From contig OY761159.2 of NCBI GenBank assembly GCA_963664395.2, positions 160,001-224,000 of the forward strand: a stretch of 64,000 bases of DNA, given 5' to 3'. The stretch is from Candidatus Binatia bacterium. Lineage in GTDB: Bacteria; Desulfobacterota; Binatia; Bin18. The translations under genes were made by a program, and so were the position numbers. Shown one piece after another: positions 10,874 to 22,396 of the stretch. The notes under the pieces are model-generated. The model was not told where the DNA came from. It ran no database searches and saw only the letters and a program-made list of their open reading frames with translations. Numbering within the stretch: the stretch's first letter is position 1; each line of letters opens with the position of its first letter.

Positions 10874-12865
10874 ATGGCGCAGGCCTGTGCCGTAGGTATT
10901 ATCACAGGCTGTGGCGCTATTGGGTACGATGCGCTGATTCATCTGGTCCAGTGGGTTGCGCTGAGCTCAGACGACCATCCACTCCATGTGCTTCCTGAGT
11001 TACCCTGGTATCGCATTCTTTTCGTTCCAACACTCGGCGGATTGGCTGTCGGGCTGGTCACTTTTCTTCGTTCGCGGGACGCGCAAGGACACGGTGTCCC
11101 GGAAGTCATCGAGTCGGTCGCCTTGGGGAATGGCAAGTTTCGCTGGCAGACGGCCCTCGTCAAATCCGTTTCCTCTGCCCTCACTATTGGTTCCGGCGGC
11201 TCAGTCGGACGCGAGGGGCCCATCGTCCATATCGGAGCCTCGCTTGGCTCTATCCTCGGCCAACTGCTCAAAGTGCCCCCCAATCGACTGCCAACCTTGG
11301 CCGGCTGTGGTGTCGCGGGTGGTATCGCGGCGGTTTTCAATGCGCCTATTGCGGGTGCCTTTTTTGCCCTTGAAGTCGTGATTGGCAATTTCGCCATGAC
11401 GGCCTTTGGCCCCGTGATGTTGTCCTCCGTCCTCGCCACGGTTGTGAGTCGGGCCTATTTTGGCGATCATCCCGCGTTTGTGGTTCCCGCCTATACGCTG
11501 CTCAGCACCTGGGAGCTGCCGTTCTATCTCGGGCTCGGCATTGGCATTGTGTGTGGCCTGGGCGGGCTGGCCTTTATGTTCATCCTGGATCATCTGGAAA
11601 AAGGAGCCGAAAAAATCACACTGCCGCAGACGATCAAGCCAGCGCTGGGCGGGTTCCTGGTCGGCTGTCTGATTCTTGTTGCCCCGCACGTATACGGCAC
11701 GGGCCACGGAACAATGGATATCATTCTGCGTGGTGGCCTGGACTGGTCATATTTACTGCTGCTCTTCCCTCTCAAAATAGGGGCAACCAGCCTGACCCTG
11801 GCGTCAGGTGGCTCAGGTGGACTTTTTTTCCCGGCGCTCTACCTCGGCGCAGTATTAGGCAGCCTGTGTGGTGTGATCGCTGGCGCAGTCTTTCCCACGA
11901 TTACCGGTCCGAGCGGAGGCTACGCACTGGTCGGCATGGCCGCCTTCTTGGCCAGCGTGGTCCACTGTCCGATCACCGCCTTTTTGCTGCTCTTCGAGAT
12001 TACCACTGACTATCAGATTATCCTGCCGCTTATGGTTAGTTGTACGGTGAGCACCGTGGTCGCCAAACTCTTTCGGGAAGAGTCGATTTACACCTTACAA
12101 CTCTTACGGCGCGGCATTGACATCAGGCGGCGCGAACAAACTCTGATGCAAGGTTTTACAGTCGGGCAGGTCATGCGCCCAGAGCCACCAACCTTCGGAG
12201 AAGGAGCCCCCTTCTCCGATGTCATGGACCATTTCCTGGCCAGCACGCTGCCGCTGAGCTTTGTGGTTGATGAGGAGCGTCACCTCCTTGGTATCATCTC
12301 TATTCACGACGTGAAGGCGACCCTTCAGGATGACAGCCTGGCACCGCTGGTCGTGGCGGTTGACTTGGCCCAGCCGCCGGACACTGTCACAACCGCGCAA
12401 GAAACGCTGGCCCGCTGCCTCGAAAAGTTCAGCCTGAGTGATCAGGAATACTTACCCGTTCTTTCAGTTGATCAGAAGTTGGAAGGGTCATCTCGCGGCG
12501 CGATGTGTTGGAGCTCTATAATCGAGAGATCTTACGCAGCGAATACCTCGGCGTCAGTCTGCGGTCCGAAGCCCTCACCGAGATGGCCCACCAACAGGTC
12601 CATCTGCCACATGAATATGTCGTCGAAGTCGTTCAAGTCCCCCCACCGCTCGTTGGGAAAACATTGGGCGAGTCACAGCTGCGCAGTCGGTTTAATGTGA
12701 CGGCTATCGCAATGCGCCGTGGGGGCTTCTACGGTCCGGACGAACTCCCCGACCCCGGACAAACCCTTACGCCAAGAAGACTATCTTGTCCTGGTTGGGA
12801 GTGCAGAGCATTTCCGTCGATTAACAGCTATAGCAGAGAAGACGACGCACGCAGCAGACTCATAG
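10874..12865 (+). pseudogene. ClC chloride/H+ transporter (ClC-CBS-TrkA_C) with two compensating frameshifts; pseudogene or sequencing error
   Basis: GHGVPE, GREGP, GGLFFP and SIYT motifs; homology continues in another frame after about 12487 (VISRRDVLELYNRE) and returns to the original frame after about 12756 (PDKPLRQEDYLVLVG...stop at 12865). Confidence 0.75.
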
Positions 12866-12887
12866 GCTGCCCCTGAGATCAAATCAT

Positions 12888-14984
12888 GTGCAGAGAAGAA
12901 CAACACACTCCAAACCTGCTCCGTCGGATATGGGGACTATGCTCATAGCGTGGCGCACGCACCTCACAGCCTTCTTCCAAAGCAGTCAAGAGGGACTCAC
13001 GATTGTCTTAGCCTGCGGGGTCGGTCTGCTGGTCGGTGTCGCAGCCATTGCCTTTCACGAATTGCTCCATTTGGTACAACGGATCGCCCTTGGCAGCGAT
13101 TCGCCCCTCTCGGCTCTCCCTACCCTTCCCTGGTATTGGAAAGTTGGACTTCCTGCCCTTGGTGGGGCGCTGGTTGCTCCAATCGTCTATAAGTGGGCGG
13201 TTGAGGCCAAAGGGCATGGCGTCCCTGAGGTGATGGAAGCCGTTGCTCTCCGGGGAGGGATTATGCGAGCGCGGGTGGCCTTTGCCAAAGCGCTTGCCTC
13301 CGCGATCACCATTGGAATGGGAGGATCAACCGGACGAGAAGGTCCGGTTATTCAAATCGGGTCGGCCATAGGTTCGACGTGTGGACAAATCCTCCATCTC
13401 TCCCCTGAGCGCATCCGCACCCTCGTCGGCTGTGGGGCGGCGGGCGGAATCGCCGCCACCTTTAATGCGCCTATTGCCGGAGCATTTTTTGCACTCGAAG
13501 TGATTATGGGGAATTTTTCCATTCCGGCGTTCGCGCCGATCGTGCTCTCCTCGGTGTTAGCCACCGTCGTATCCCGGGCCTATCTGGGGGACTCGCCGGC
13601 ATTCGTGGTGCCGGAGTACACGTTGGTTCACTATGCAGAGGTCCCGCTGTATGCCGTCCTCGGCATGCTGATGGGCCTGGTGGCGGTGGTGTTTATCTGG
13701 GCGCTGTATAAAAGCGAAGACCTGTTTGAGCGGAGCCCGATTCCTCCTTTAGCCAGAACAACCGTTGGGGGCTTGTGTGTGGGCGGCCTCCTGCTTATCG
13801 CGCCGGAGGTATACGGAACCGGCTTTGAAGCCATGTATCGCCTCCTGCACGAGACCATCGAATGGCAGATTCTGATCTTCCTCTTTTTGCTCAAGCTCCT
13901 CGCGACCTGCACAACCTTGGGGTCTGGAGCCTCAGGCGGGATTTTCTCCCCGTCGCTCTTTCTTGGCGTTGTTGCCGGGGGCCTCTTCGGGCAACTCGTC
14001 CACTTCGTCTTTCCAGGCGTCACCGCCACGCCAGAAGCCTATGCCATGATTGGCATGGGCGCAGTCGTTGCCGGAACAACACATGCACCGGTGACCGCCA
14101 TTCTCATACTGTTTGAGTTAACCGAAGGCTACCAGATTATTCTGCCGGTTATGATTGCGTGTACCCTGAGTACAGTGACTGCCCGGTATCTCCAGCCTCA
14201 TTCGATCTATACACTCAAACTTGCGCGCCGTGGCATTTCACTCTCATTGGGTCGAGAAGAGACCGTCATGCGCTCTTTTCACGTCGCAGATGTCATGCAT
14301 ACCCCAGCGCCAACGCTTGCGGACGATGCCGCATTTCAGCAGGTCGTCGGGCGCGTACTCGGCTCACACGATCCGTACTATTATACCGTCAGCCCCGGTG
14401 ACCACCTCACCGGTGTGATTTCGTTGCACGATATTAAAGCCCTCCTCAACGAAGGCGGGCTTGATGGTCTCGTCGTTGCCCGCGACATGGCGCGCCCGGT
14501 CCATACCGTAGCCCATACGCAAGAACCACTGACAGATTGCTTACGCAAATTCCGAGAGACCCAGCTTGATTGTTTACCGGTCACCGCAGATAAGACCAGC
14601 ACCCAGGTCATTGGCGTTGTCACCCAGACCGACCTGCTTGAGTTATACGACCGGGAAGTCCTGCGCAAAGAATTTCTCGGGACGCTGCCGACCCCGACTT
14701 CACAGGATGAAGGGACGCTGGCCATGCCGTCCCAATATACGGTCCTCGCCCTGCCAGTCCCCGCTGCTTTTAGAGACAAAACCATACGGGAACTCGACCT
14801 GCGCGTCCGCTATGGAACAACAGTACTGGCCATCCGCAACAAGACTGCGTCCAGCTATGAAGATCGCCTTCCCCAGCCGGACCAGCCGCTCCGGGAAGAC
14901 GAGACGCTCATCCTGGCCGGTCCGAGGGAGGATATGACACGGCTCCAACAGGAGACTCAGGCCTCCCGCTCAGGCTTGGATTAG
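12888..14984 (+). CDS. ClC chloride/H+ transporter with CBS pair and TrkA_C domain
   Basis: GHGVPE, GREGP, FALEV, GGIFSP and SIYT motifs; CBS and TrkA_C tail; start position uncertain. Confidence 0.9.
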   Translation: MQRRTTHSKPAPSDMGTMLIAWRTHLTAFFQSSQEGLTIVLACGVGLLVGVAAIAFHELLHLVQRIALGSDSPLSALPTLPWYWKVGLPALGGALVAPIVYKWAVEAKGHGVPEVMEAVALRGGIMRARVAFAKALASAITIGMGGSTGREGPVIQIGSAIGSTCGQILHLSPERIRTLVGCGAAGGIAATFNAPIAGAFFALEVIMGNFSIPAFAPIVLSSVLATVVSRAYLGDSPAFVVPEYTLVHYAEVPLYAVLGMLMGLVAVVFIWALYKSEDLFERSPIPPLARTTVGGLCVGGLLLIAPEVYGTGFEAMYRLLHETIEWQILIFLFLLKLLATCTTLGSGASGGIFSPSLFLGVVAGGLFGQLVHFVFPGVTATPEAYAMIGMGAVVAGTTHAPVTAILILFELTEGYQIILPVMIACTLSTVTARYLQPHSIYTLKLARRGISLSLGREETVMRSFHVADVMHTPAPTLADDAAFQQVVGRVLGSHDPYYYTVSPGDHLTGVISLHDIKALLNEGGLDGLVVARDMARPVHTVAHTQEPLTDCLRKFRETQLDCLPVTADKTSTQVIGVVTQTDLLELYDREVLRKEFLGTLPTPTSQDEGTLAMPSQYTVLALPVPAAFRDKTIRELDLRVRYGTTVLAIRNKTASSYEDRLPQPDQPLREDETLILAGPREDMTRLQQETQASRSGLD

Positions 14985-15038
14985 CCCCAGGTCTCCGTGT
15001 GTCCATGCTCCACAGGGCGAGGCACTGCTCGTATCAGG

Positions 15039-17336
15039 TCAGGGGACGGCAGACAGCGGCAGCGTCGTGGCAATCTGCTTCGCAAATATACCCGGATCAG
15101 CCGTAGGCAAGGCGCAGACGTGCTGTTCGCACACGTAGGCCGTCACCTTGCCTTTAATTGCCCTCTTCGCCTCAAGCCACGGAACGACCTGCTGGTGCGT
15201 AGCTAACTCGTCTCCCTGGGTCACAATAGAGACGACCCGGTTCGGCAGGAAGTGCCTGCGCAGTTGCGCCAGTAAAGGCTCAACAGTGTCGTCTGGTGAC
15301 GCTTTGACTATCGCAATTTCCTTGGGGCGGTCCAAAGAAAAATCAAGAGCGCTGAGCATGCGTGGCATGCTTGTTGGGCGCTGCTTCAATCCTGAAGCAA
15401 CGACTTTGAAGCAGCGCTGCGCGTGCTGGCGATAGCTATCGTTCGTTGTCCATTCCGCGAGCCGCAGAAGGTTGTGCGCAGCCACCGCATTGCCCGAGGG
15501 CTCAGCTCCGTCGTACGAAGGCTTTTCACGGGCGAGCAGTTGCTCTGCATCATCTGCGGTCAGGAAATAGCCCCCACTCTTGCTATCCCAGAAGTGGGTG
15601 TCCAGTACCGCTTGCAAAGCAATCGCTTCTTGCAGCCAGCGCAGTTCAAATGTGGCCTCGTATAGGTCAAGCAGGCCCGCAATGAGAAAGGCATAATCAT
15701 CAAGGTAGGCGGCCCCGGCGATTATTGTCCCCAGCGCACTGCGTCGCAGCCGCCCATCTCGTTTCATCTGGGTCAGAAGAAACGCGGCGGCTTGCGTTGC
15801 CCGCGTTGCATAGCGTGGGACATTCAAGACGTGGGCCCCCTTTGCAAAAGCCGAAATGACGAGTCCGTTCCATGCAACAAGCACTTTGGTATCCGTATGG
15901 GGTGCAATGCGCTTCTGTCTTGCTCGGTAGAGAATATCCCGAGCGGCTTGAAGTTCACGCTGCGCCTGGTCCAGGGTGAGATCGAGTTCTTTTGCCGCAG
16001 TATCAAGCGGGCGGGCAACATGAAGAATATTCGCAGCTTCAAAATTTCCCGGCAGCGTAACGCCATAATGAGCCTGGACCAGCTGGAGCTGTTTTTGACT
16101 CAGGAGGGGGGCGAGTTCGGGCAGCGTCCAGAGAAAGAATTTTCCTTCTTCGCCCGCACTATCGGCATCCGTAGCCGAGTAGAACCCCCCGCCTGGAGCA
16201 CTCATCTCACGGTCGAGATAATCCAGGACCTCCCGCGCGACGCGAGCAAAATCTTCACGCTGCGTCACCTGATAGCCTTCAAGATAGGCCACTACGAGCA
16301 GGGCGTTGTCATACAGCATTTTCTCAAAATGCGGCACGAGCCATTTTTGATCCGTTGCATAGCGATGGAATCCTCCCCCGACCTGGTCATATATCCCACC
16401 GGCCGCCATGGCCTCTAAGGTCTTCACCACCATGTCCCGAACCTCGGGATCATTGGTCCGGCGACTATAGCGCAAGAGGAATTCCAACGTGACACTCCGC
16501 GGAAATTTCGGCGCCTTGCCAAAGCCACCGTACTGCGTATCAAAACGTGCTTTGAAATGTTCAGCCGCCTGGGTCAAAGCGGTCTGGGTTGGATGCTCAT
16601 TGAGCACCTCCGGTACAACGGCAGCTTGGATATTTTGGGTCAGGTTCTTCGTCACCGCGGCCACTTGGTGCGGCTCTTTGTGATACACCTCCTGCAATCG
16701 GGCCAGCAGGGTTGAAAAGCCAGCCGGCTGCCCGCGCATGCCATCACGCGGCGGGAAGTAGGTGCCTCCGTAGAAGGGCCGGCGGTCAGGGGTGAGCCAC
16801 ACGGTCATGGGCCAGCCGCCCCGGCCGGTCAACATTTGTACGGCAGTCATATAGATGCCGTCCAAGTCCGGCCGTTGTTCGCGGTCAACTTTGACCGCGA
16901 TATAGTGGCGGTTCATGTATTCGGCGATAGCACTGTCCTCAAAAGACTCCCGCTCCATCACGTGGCACCAGTGACAGGTCGAATAGCCTATAGACAGGAG
17001 GACGGGTTTGTTCTCCTTTTTTGCCCGGGCGAAGGCTGCATCTCCCCACGGGTACCAATTGACCGGATTGTGGGCGTGCTGGAGAAGATACGGACTTGGT
17101 TCAAGGATAAGCCGGTTCGTATACTGCGGACGACCATCTTCAAAGAGATGCTGGGTCCGGGGCGTATACGCTTCCCCCTTCGCTTGGAGTGCCCGGTCAA
17201 GCTGTTCCCGAACCGCCGCTGGAAACGGCTCCAGGCCGGGCAGCGCTGTGGGCGTGGTTTCTGCCAGGGCCTGGGTCAGGAGGAGGAGGCTCGCTCCGAT
17301 GACTCCGTAGTATATGATCCGCATGGAAATCCTCAC
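15039..17336 (-). CDS. Thioredoxin-domain protein (YyaL/DUF255/SPATA20 family) with N-terminal signal-like extension
   Basis: [43 protein letters not shown] and YLDDYA motifs. Confidence 0.92.
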   Translation of the reverse strand: MRISMRIIYYGVIGASLLLLTQALAETTPTALPGLEPFPAAVREQLDRALQAKGEAYTPRTQHLFEDGRPQYTNRLILEPSPYLLQHAHNPVNWYPWGDAAFARAKKENKPVLLSIGYSTCHWCHVMERESFEDSAIAEYMNRHYIAVKVDREQRPDLDGIYMTAVQMLTGRGGWPMTVWLTPDRRPFYGGTYFPPRDGMRGQPAGFSTLLARLQEVYHKEPHQVAAVTKNLTQNIQAAVVPEVLNEHPTQTALTQAAEHFKARFDTQYGGFGKAPKFPRSVTLEFLLRYSRRTNDPEVRDMVVKTLEAMAAGGIYDQVGGGFHRYATDQKWLVPHFEKMLYDNALLVVAYLEGYQVTQREDFARVAREVLDYLDREMSAPGGGFYSATDADSAGEEGKFFLWTLPELAPLLSQKQLQLVQAHYGVTLPGNFEAANILHVARPLDTAAKELDLTLDQAQRELQAARDILYRARQKRIAPHTDTKVLVAWNGLVISAFAKGAHVLNVPRYATRATQAAAFLLTQMKRDGRLRRSALGTIIAGAAYLDDYAFLIAGLLDLYEATFELRWLQEAIALQAVLDTHFWDSKSGGYFLTADDAEQLLAREKPSYDGAEPSGNAVAAHNLLRLAEWTTNDSYRQHAQRCFKVVASGLKQRPTSMPRMLSALDFSLDRPKEIAIVKASPDDTVEPLLAQLRRHFLPNRVVSIVTQGDELATHQQVVPWLEAKRAIKGKVTAYVCEQHVCALPTADPGIFAKQIATTLPLSAVP

Positions 17337-17416
17337 TCTCGATTATTCGTTTCACAGGGGAAATAGTACGTTTTGCTACTGGCTCTCACCCACAGTCTAT
17401 ACTAGAATGGCTGCGC

Positions 17417-18235
17417 ATGACTGCTGAGATCAGCACCGCGGCGTCCTCTCGCAAGACAACCGCCCATATGTCTGCGAACAGTCGTCCTGCCTGGACGCCC
17501 CTCCTCTCCGTCATTATCCCGGTCTATAACGAGGTCGAAACAATCTATGAACTCTTAAGGCGGGTTGCCCGCACTCCCTTTCCCAAAGAAATCTTTGTCG
17601 TTGATGACAACTCGACTGATGGTACCCGAGAATTACTCCGGGAGCTGCCCGACATCATGCGGCTGCTCGATGGCAGCCCGCTGTCTGCTCCGTGTCGGCT
17701 GAAAGCCCTGTTTCACGCGACCAATCAGGGTAAGGGCCAGGCCGTCCGGACCGCCTTACGTCACGTCACCGGCTCTTTCGTGCTGATCCAGGATGCCGAC
17801 CTCGAATACTCTCCCGCCGATTATCCCCAACTGCTCACCCCGCTCCTGACCGGCCAGGCCGATGTGGTGTATGGATCGCGCTTTCTGGATTCCCCGGCCG
17901 GTTCGTTCTCCTGGCATACGGCCACCAACAAGGTCCTGACGACGCTCTCCAATATCTGCACCCACCTCCAACTGACCGACATGGAAACCTGTTATAAAGC
18001 CTTCCGCTCCGATGTGTTACAGGGTCTCACACTCCGTTCAAAACGCTTCGGATTTGAACCTGAAATTACCGCTAGAATCGCTCGTGGTGGAGTCCGCATC
18101 TGTGAGGTCCCGATCTCATACAGTCCACGCACCTATGCAGAAGGCAAGAAGATCCGTTGGCAGGACGGTTTTGTCGCTCTGTGGACAATTCTCCGCTGCC
18201 ATATGCTTGAAGCCGATGAGAGAGTAGAGATGTAA
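17417..18235 (+). CDS. Glycosyltransferase family 2 (DPM1-like)
   Basis: IIPVYNE, VDDNSTDGT, QDADLEY, TDMETCYK and FGFEPEIT motifs. Confidence 0.9.
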   Translation: MTAEISTAASSRKTTAHMSANSRPAWTPLLSVIIPVYNEVETIYELLRRVARTPFPKEIFVVDDNSTDGTRELLRELPDIMRLLDGSPLSAPCRLKALFHATNQGKGQAVRTALRHVTGSFVLIQDADLEYSPADYPQLLTPLLTGQADVVYGSRFLDSPAGSFSWHTATNKVLTTLSNICTHLQLTDMETCYKAFRSDVLQGLTLRSKRFGFEPEITARIARGGVRICEVPISYSPRTYAEGKKIRWQDGFVALWTILRCHMLEADERVEM

Positions 18236-18273
18236 CCACGCGGTTGGGCCTCGCGAGCCGTTCCCAAGCCCGG

Positions 18274-19665
18274 TCAAGTCCTTTTCGTTTTCTTCCGACT
18301 TTTCGCCCTCTTCCGACCTTTCGTTTTTGCGACTGCTCCCCTACCCGCTGTCACGCACTGCCGGAAAATCCGATGCCAATTGGTCACCGTACCAAATTGC
18401 TGCACATACGCCTCAAGGCCAAGCAACGCCCGGACTAAGAATAGTCCGTGCCCAGGCGTCTTGAATATCCGATGCTGGAGACCGATGTTTGTCACCTCCA
18501 TGGCCCTCTCCACCGCGTGAAAATCTTGTGGGTCATAGGCGCAGTCCTCCAGGACAGGCTCAAAAATAAGATACATGATCCGAACAAGCGGCGCGGGCTC
18601 ATCACCAGGATCAAGATAGCCAAGCTCAAGGAAACACCGCGCCATGGTTATTTCGTCTCGCTCCAGGACGGCTTGCGCCAGCCTGCGATATCCTGCTCGA
18701 ATGTCCTCCGGGAAAAGACGCACACTGCCAAAGTCCAGTATGGCAATCCTGGGATGGTACGTAATCAGATAATTGCCAGGATGCGGATCAGTATGGAGCA
18801 CACCAAAAGAACAAATCTGCCGCCAGGTAATCTCAAAATACTTCACCGCCACCCAGTCTTTGAGCTCTCGATCAACTCCGGGAGCTAACACATCTTGCAA
18901 TTTGTAGCCGTCAACAAATTCTAGGGTTAATACGCGCCGCGAGGAAAAATCAGGATAGACACGGGGAATGATGACGGCATCGTCTCCAGCGAAGAGGCGC
19001 TGAAAAATCGCAATATTGTTGGCTTCATTGACATAATCGATCTCTTCTCGTAAGCGTTCTTCCATTTCCTGATAGATCTCAGCAGCATCAAAGTTCTGGC
19101 GCATGACATCGCGCAGGATGAGGGTCAAAACCTTGAGCAACGCTTTCAGGTTCTTGAGGTCCTGTTCGACGGTCTCGTCAACCCCTGGATATTGGACCTT
19201 CACAACAACCTCTGCGCCACTCAGGAGTTGCGCCCGATGGACCTGCCCAAGCGAGGCCGCGGCAAAGGCATTTTTGTCAAAGCGTTTGAAGAGCTGTTCC
19301 GGGTCTTTTCCAAGCTCGTTTTCGACTTGGGCTCGGATGAGATCATAATCCATAGGCGGGACGGACGATTGGACGACCGAAAGAATGTCGAGGACCTCGG
19401 TCGGAAAGAGGTCGCTGCGCATGCTCAGCATTTGAATCAGCTTCATGAATGCGCCGCGCAGTTCCTGGGAGCCGGCCACAATCTTCAGCGCGTTTTTGAG
19501 ATGCAGCTCAAACAGCTCCTGCTCTTTTGCATCCGCTGACTGGAACGGCTGTTTCAGGGCGTTCCAGGCGTAGCTAGTGCTGACCGAGGTCGCCAGCGAA
19601 CCGACCTGAAGGGCGCGTTTTGCCCGCCCTCGGGTCAAGGCGTTGGAAGATTTTTTGGATGGCAT
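18274..19665 (-). CDS. AarF/ABC1/UbiB kinase family protein
   Basis: AAASLGQVH, VVKVQYPG, HTDPHPGN and LDFG motifs. Confidence 0.92.
   Translation of the reverse strand: MPSKKSSNALTRGRAKRALQVGSLATSVSTSYAWNALKQPFQSADAKEQELFELHLKNALKIVAGSQELRGAFMKLIQMLSMRSDLFPTEVLDILSVVQSSVPPMDYDLIRAQVENELGKDPEQLFKRFDKNAFAAASLGQVHRAQLLSGAEVVVKVQYPGVDETVEQDLKNLKALLKVLTLILRDVMRQNFDAAEIYQEMEERLREEIDYVNEANNIAIFQRLFAGDDAVIIPRVYPDFSSRRVLTLEFVDGYKLQDVLAPGVDRELKDWVAVKYFEITWRQICSFGVLHTDPHPGNYLITYHPRIAILDFGSVRLFPEDIRAGYRRLAQAVLERDEITMARCFLELGYLDPGDEPAPLVRIMYLIFEPVLEDCAYDPQDFHAVERAMEVTNIGLQHRIFKTPGHGLFLVRALLGLEAYVQQFGTVTNWHRIFRQCVTAGRGAVAKTKGRKRAKSRKKTKRT
19477..19564. repeat. Copy 1 of 88-bp diverged direct repeat (inside the aarF 5' region)
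   Basis: Ungapped match to 23506-23593 with 9 mismatches in 88 nt, counted by hand. Confidence 0.9.
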
Positions 19666-19986
19666 AGACGAGATGAAGTATGTTTGCGTATTCAGGACAT
19701 AGAATAATTGTGGCGGACCACCGCAAGCCGGATACGGTGACGGTTAAGCTGCTTCTTAACATAAACGAGGCATTCCCCCTTTTGTAGTAGCAACGGAGTG
19801 ACCCCCACTCCAAAGAAAATAAAGGCGGACACTGCACCGAAGCTGCGACTAAAACGGTGCTAGGGCTAGTGATCTCAGACGGGAAACGGTGATTTCGATA
19901 CCGCTCTATACTACGAGAATTTTGTAGAGGTGCTAAAAAATGAGTCGTCTGTTTGTGTGGAAGGTATTGAGGTGAGGAGTGATGGA

Positions 19987-20739
19987 GTGACCAAGATACT
20001 CAGCGACAGAAGAGACGACTGCGTTCAGATCCGCTTAGCGTCCGGCGAGACGAATGTGCTGACCACCGAGATGCTAGGCGCCTTGTCTGCCGCGCTGGCA
20101 GAGGCCGAGCAGAGTGCCCGAGGGGTGATGCTGTGTGGGGGCGACAAGTTCTTCTCCAACGGCGTCGATCTGGAATGGGCGCTGACCCAGTCGCGCGCCG
20201 AGATCCGCGCCCTGTTTCTCGAACTGGGGTATTGCATCCTCAAGATTATGGAATCTCCTGTGCCGGTCGTCGGGGTGGTGAAAGGGCATGCCATTGGCGG
20301 GGCGTTGGCGCTTCTGCTGGCCTGTGACTATCGGTATGGGGCAACTGGCCGCGTTTTGCTCGGCAAGCCAGAAATCCTGCTGGGGGTGCCCAACCCCTAC
20401 TAGGGCGATCAATTGTTGCGCTTTATCGCCGGGGATTTTGTGGCCTCCGACTTGATTTATACCGGTAGACTGGTCCCTGCTGACGAGGCCCACGCCCTCC
20501 ACCTGATTCACGCTGTGGGCACGAAAGAAGAAATCGAAGCGGTGGCTTGGCAGCAGCTCCTCGTCTTGCGCGATCTCGCCCCCGAGGCGTTCGCCGAGTC
20601 GAAACGGATGCGAACCGGACGCTTTTGCGCCGATGTGAGAGAACAGATGTTGGCCCGGGTAGCGCGTCAAGTTGAGATCTGGAACAGCGCTGAAGCCCAG
20701 ACCAGATTACACGCCGCAGCAAAGCGGCTTGCCCGCTAA
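19987..20739 (+). pseudogene. Enoyl-CoA hydratase/isomerase interrupted by an in-frame TAG at 20401-20403
   Basis: FFSNGVDL, GHAIGG and ACDYR motifs; PEILLGVPNPY*GDQLLRF continues in the same frame. Confidence 0.8.
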
Positions 20740-20902
20740 CGCCTGTGGCCCCTCACTGATGACAGGCCCTAGCCTTTTCGATCATACCTGCATACCAAGG
20801 GGATATTTGATAGGAAAAGCATCCAAAGAGAGGCAGTGAAGAAGACAAAATAATATGGCGAAAATCCTGCTGAGGCCGGTATGTAAATAAGGAGGAAAAC
20901 GG

Positions 20903-21495
20903 ATGCATGATGTTGTGATTCGTGGCGGAACCATTTCGCGGCTACGGCTGCGCGGGAGAAACGTGACCCACGCGAGGTGGTCTACGATCTGATGTTGGAG
21001 CAAAACGGCCGGTCCTTTTTGATGTATGCCGCATTCGGATATGCCGATGGCAACGCCGACTGCCTGCGCGAGCTGATATGCGACCCGATTACGGTCCTGG
21101 GTGGCAGTGATGCCGGTGCCCATGTGCGGCAAATCATAGACGCGGGCATGCCGACATACGCCCTGACGCATTGGGTGCGCAATAAAGCGGCCGGCGATCC
21201 AAGCCGACTGCCGCTGGAGTTTGTGGTCAAGAAGTTGACGCACGACAGTGCCCGTCTATTTGGGATGACCGATCGCGGGACGCTGGAGCCTGGTGCGAAG
21301 GCCGATGTGAATGTGATTGATTATGACAACCTGAGTGTCAGCCACCCGGAAATGATCTACGATCTTCCCGCCGGTATGCCGCGTTTAATGCAAACCGCGA
21401 ACGGGTATGAAAAGACCTTTGTGAGTGGCGAAGTCGTGCAAGAGAACGGCAAAGACACCGGCGCTCGGCCGGGGCGTATCGTGCGCAGCGCCTAG
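20903..21495 (+). pseudogene. N-acyl-D-amino-acid deacylase-type amidohydrolase with a large internal deletion
   Basis: AAGGAGG ribosome-binding site and MHDVVIRGGTI start joined out of frame to the C-terminal part (GSDAGAH, DRGTLEPGAKADVNVID, TGARPGR). Confidence 0.8.
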
Positions 21496-21687
21496 CAACC
21501 GATATGCCGAGTATTCCTGCAATCACGAGCACTCGGGCAGGGCTGCTCGTAGCCCGTCTGATGCGGACCTGGTTCAGGACGAGGAGAGCCGTTTGGGTGA
21601 CCGGACTTATTCCAGTTCGATGTTAGGAGGCCGTCCTGGTATTCTGTGACGGATAATCAAATAATCAGCAGCCTAAAGGAGCAAGAC

Positions 21688-22128
21688 ATGAACATCGACC
21701 AACACAACGATTTGGAAGCAATTCGCCAACTCAAAGCGCGCTATTTTCGATTGATGGATACGCGCCAGTGGGAGCTCTGGAGAGAATGTTTCACTACAGA
21801 TATTTCGGCTGTATACGAGGGTGCGCCGCGGGCAAGCGAGAATCTGCCGCGTGACATCGAGATCAAGGGGCGCGACGCGCTGGTTGACGGCGTCCGTACG
21901 CTGATGACCGGCGCAAAATCGATACATCAGGGGTATATGCCGGAAATTGAGCTGACCAGCGCAACGACCGCGAGGGCGGTCTGGTCAATGTTTGACGATG
22001 TGCGCCTGCCGACTTGCCATTTTAAGGGCTGGGGCCACTACCACGAAGACTATGTGAAGGAAGATGGCCAGTGGAAGCTCAAGAAGATCCACTTGACCCG
22101 CCTCCATACCGAGGAAGAATGGGTCTAG
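21688..22128 (+). CDS. NTF2-like (SnoaL_4) protein
   Basis: LEAIRQLKARYFRLMDT, HQGYMPEI and GHYHEDY..DGQW; AAGGAG ribosome-binding site. Confidence 0.85.
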   Translation: MNIDQHNDLEAIRQLKARYFRLMDTRQWELWRECFTTDISAVYEGAPRASENLPRDIEIKGRDALVDGVRTLMTGAKSIHQGYMPEIELTSATTARAVWSMFDDVRLPTCHFKGWGHYHEDYVKEDGQWKLKKIHLTRLHTEEEWV

Positions 22129-22396
22129 CCCGATCTTTGCAGAGGCCAAATCCTAGGACTACGTGCGGCCACGAGCCCGGCTTGGCGGTGGCAGAAGCAG
22201 GGGCCGCGAGGCTGGCGTGGCCGGGGCTTCAAGAGCGTGTGCGCGAGTGGAGTATTCTCAGTGGGTGATGTTCGGTGGGCTAACAGCAGTATTTGCCTCG
22301 ACTTTTCCCGCCAACTGGCCCAGTTTCTCTCCCATAGTTGCCGATGACCACATTGGGGCAAAGGCCGGGGGCCTCAGCGACAAAAGAGTTGAGACT

